Shown here: piece by piece, positions 9,046 to 10,197 of the stretch
How positions within the stretch are numbered: the stretch's first letter is position 1
How the letters are laid out: each line of letters begins with the position of its first letter
Source: an uncultured Dictyoglomota bacterium
GTDB lineage: Bacteria > Dictyoglomota > Dictyoglomia > Dictyoglomales > Dictyoglomaceae
Direction of reading: 5' to 3'
Length of the DNA stretch: 10,197 nt
Assembly: GCA_964654465.1 (NCBI GenBank)
Contig: CAZZIO010000027.1
Coordinates: forward strand, 1 to 10,197
Position numbers and translations under genes: made by a program
Notes under the pieces: generated by a model
What the model was told of the DNA's origin: nothing
Databases searched by the model: none
What the model saw: the letters and a program-made list of their open reading frames with translations, nothing else

Positions 9046-9060
9046 CCCAAAAGAAAGGAG
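9046..9060 (+). repeat. 15-bp direct repeat CCCAAAAGAAAGGAG, copy 1
   Basis: Identical to 9567-9581. Includes the RBS of the DUF1659 gene. Confidence 0.85.
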
Positions 9061-9068
9061 GTAAAAAA

Positions 9069-9290
9069 ATGGCAGTACAAAGTTTACCTTATAATTCCCG
9101 ACTTATTCTTAGAGTACAGGTAGGAATCCAGCAAGGAAACCCCGTATTAAGAAACAGAAGCTTCAACAATGTAAAAGCAGATGTACCAGATGAGGCAGTA
9201 TATACAGTAGCTCAAGCTTTGGGATCCCTTCAAAAATTTCCACTAGTTAAAGTTGTAAGAACCAATGATGAAGAGTTATCTGAAATCTAA
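9069..9290 (+). CDS. DUF1659-family small protein (73 aa)
   Basis: SRLILRVQVG...RSFNNVKADVPDEAVYTVAQALGSLQKFPLVKVVR matches the recalled DUF1659 pattern. ATG at 9069 follows AAGGAGGT, so the 9012 start in the ORF track is too far upstream. Adjacent to DUF2922, as is typical. Confidence 0.85.
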   Translation: MAVQSLPYNSRLILRVQVGIQQGNPVLRNRSFNNVKADVPDEAVYTVAQALGSLQKFPLVKVVRTNDEELSEI

Positions 9291-9308
9291 AAATAAGGAG
9301 GTATAAAG

Positions 9309-9539
9309 ATGGCCACTTATTCCACAAGAAAATATGTGAGAATGATATTTAGAGACAGTGGAGGAAGCAACTTTACCATAAGAATTTCTGATCCTAAGGA
9401 TGACTTAACAGAATCCCAGATTTTAAGCGCTATGGACACAATAATAAATCAAAATATATTTCAAGGAAAAACAGGAGATCTGGTAGAAAAAGTTGACGCA
9501 AGAATAATAGAAACGAATATTAGCGATTACTACGACTAA
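9309..9539 (+). CDS. DUF2922-family small protein (76 aa)
   Basis: VRMIFRDSGG..FTIRISDPKDDLTESQILSAMDTIINQNIF...GDLV...ARIIET matches the recalled DUF2922 pattern. Strong RBS AAGGAGGT. Confidence 0.85.
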   Translation: MATYSTRKYVRMIFRDSGGSNFTIRISDPKDDLTESQILSAMDTIINQNIFQGKTGDLVEKVDARIIETNISDYYD

Positions 9540-9546
9540 AATTAAA

Positions 9547-9569
9547 GGGTGGAGGTAATACCTCCACCC
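9547..9569. repeat. Perfect GC-rich inverted repeat (hairpin)
   Basis: GGGTGGAGGTA-A-TACCTCCACCC has 11-bp arms around a 1-nt centre (realistically a 10-bp stem with a 3-nt loop). It is followed by A-rich, not U-rich, sequence on the plus strand and by TTTAATTTT on the minus strand. Confidence 0.85.
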
Positions 9570-9581
9570 AAAAGAAAGGAG
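9567..9581 (+). repeat. 15-bp direct repeat CCCAAAAGAAAGGAG, copy 2
   Basis: Identical to 9046-9060. Includes the RBS of the 9590 ORF. Confidence 0.85.
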
Positions 9582-9589
9582 AGTTAAAT

Positions 9590-9820
9590 ATGTTTGAAAA
9601 CTTAGTAAAAAGAGTACAATTTAAATTTAGCTTCTTATATCAAACCTTTCCAAGCTATACATGCAAAATATGTGGCCAAAAGAAAAATTTTGTATTTTTT
9701 ATAGATGAAAATCCTGTATGTCCAGAATGTTTACCCATATTTTTTGAAAAACATCTAATCCCATTGATTATCTCAAAAGTAATAATAGGACTTGAACATA
9801 AGGAGGACAAAAATGCCTGA
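9590..9820 (+). CDS. Small hypothetical zinc-binding protein (CxxC-x15-CxxC)
   Basis: CKIC...CPEC, RBS AAGGAG about 8 nt upstream, and its end overlaps the start of the next gene by 8 bp. Confidence 0.65.
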   Translation: MFENLVKRVQFKFSFLYQTFPSYTCKICGQKKNFVFFIDENPVCPECLPIFFEKHLIPLIISKVIIGLEHKEDKNA

Positions 9821-10148
9821 AATAAATGATATTAAAATATCTAAAAACTTCTACCTTAAAGATTTTCAATGCCCATGTTGTAAAAAGGTAATAATACACC
9901 CATCTCTTCTTGATGAAATGGAAAAATTATCTGCCATGGTAAAAGGTAAAATAAAAATTACAAGTGGATATCGTTGTGAAAAACACAACAAAGAAGTAGG
10001 AGGAGTACCAAATTCAAAACATATGAAAGGACTTGCTTGTGATATCACAGCCACAGATCTACAAGAAGTATATAACATAGCAAAAAAATTAAAATTCTCC
10101 TTCGTTAAACTTGACGAAAAAAAGAAATATATCCATATGGAGGTGTAA
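9813..10148 (+). CDS. Peptidase M15A (Peptidase_M15_3) zinc peptidase, endolysin-like
   Basis: ISKNFYLKDFQCPCC, ITSGYRCEKHNKEVGG..SKHMKGLACDI (H-x6-D) and C-terminal YIH. Start is the ATG at 9813 after AGGAGG (9801-9806). No signal peptide. Confidence 0.9.
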   Translation: MPEINDIKISKNFYLKDFQCPCCKKVIIHPSLLDEMEKLSAMVKGKIKITSGYRCEKHNKEVGGVPNSKHMKGLACDITATDLQEVYNIAKKLKFSFVKLDEKKKYIHMEV

Positions 10149-10151
10149 GCC

Positions 10152-10197
10152 TTGGAAGATATATATCAATTAATAAGCAATCTTGGATTTCCTATAG
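10152..10197 (+). CDS. YvrJ-family small membrane protein (holin-like), 5' portion, truncated by the window end
   Basis: GGAGGT (10139-10144), then TTG at 10152: MEDIYQLISNLGFPI. The I.N.GFPI start is characteristic of YvrJ, which typically accompanies DUF1659/DUF2922. Not in the ORF track. Confidence 0.75.
   Translation, partial: MEDIYQLISNLGFPI

Noticed and set aside
9012-9068. N-terminal extension of the DUF1659 ORF (start 9012); likewise the 9792 start for M15A and the 872 start for the SDR
   Set aside because: The extensions translate through SD sequences (for example KKGGKK). The downstream ATGs have well-spaced RBSs.
9547-9569. Hairpin as a standard plus-strand rho-independent terminator, or as a CRISPR repeat
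   Set aside because: There is no U-tract on the plus strand, and it is a single copy with no repeat-spacer array.
9866-10078. Minus-strand 70-aa ORF
   Set aside because: It lies entirely antisense to the M15A peptidase and has no independent support.
999-10154. Frequent TTG starts (phoU, pstB, beta-CASP gene, YvrJ-like gene)
   Set aside because: Each has a good SD. This is likely a genome-wide trait rather than a local signal.
9069-10197. Calling the cassette a prophage or mobile element outright
   Set aside because: No integrase, transposase, Rep or recognisable virion gene is in the window, so it is kept only as a hypothesis.

Overview
AT-rich bacterial window. The composition, GGAGG/GGTGA ribosome-binding sites and gene content suggest an anaerobic thermophile, possibly Dictyoglomus-like; this is an impression, not verified. 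From left to right: the 5' end of a minus-strand hypothetical gene, an SDR oxidoreductase (-) and a divergently transcribed phoU (+). phoU converges, with a 1-bp gap, on a ~7.3 kb minus-strand gene run: DUF4139-type exported protein, membrane 4Fe-4S protein, beta-CASP/MBL ribonuclease, M28 peptidase, then pstC-pstA-pstB. There is no pstS in the window. The most interesting part is the right end (9069-10197, +), a tightly packed small-gene cassette: DUF1659, DUF2922, a perfect hairpin, a CxxC-x15-CxxC zinc protein, an M15A zinc peptidase (endolysin-like) and a YvrJ-family holin-like gene that is truncated by the window and missing from the ORF track. An exact 15-bp direct repeat (CCCAAAAGAAAGGAG) brackets the DUF1659-DUF2922 pair, and each copy starts in the 3' arm of an inverted repeat.
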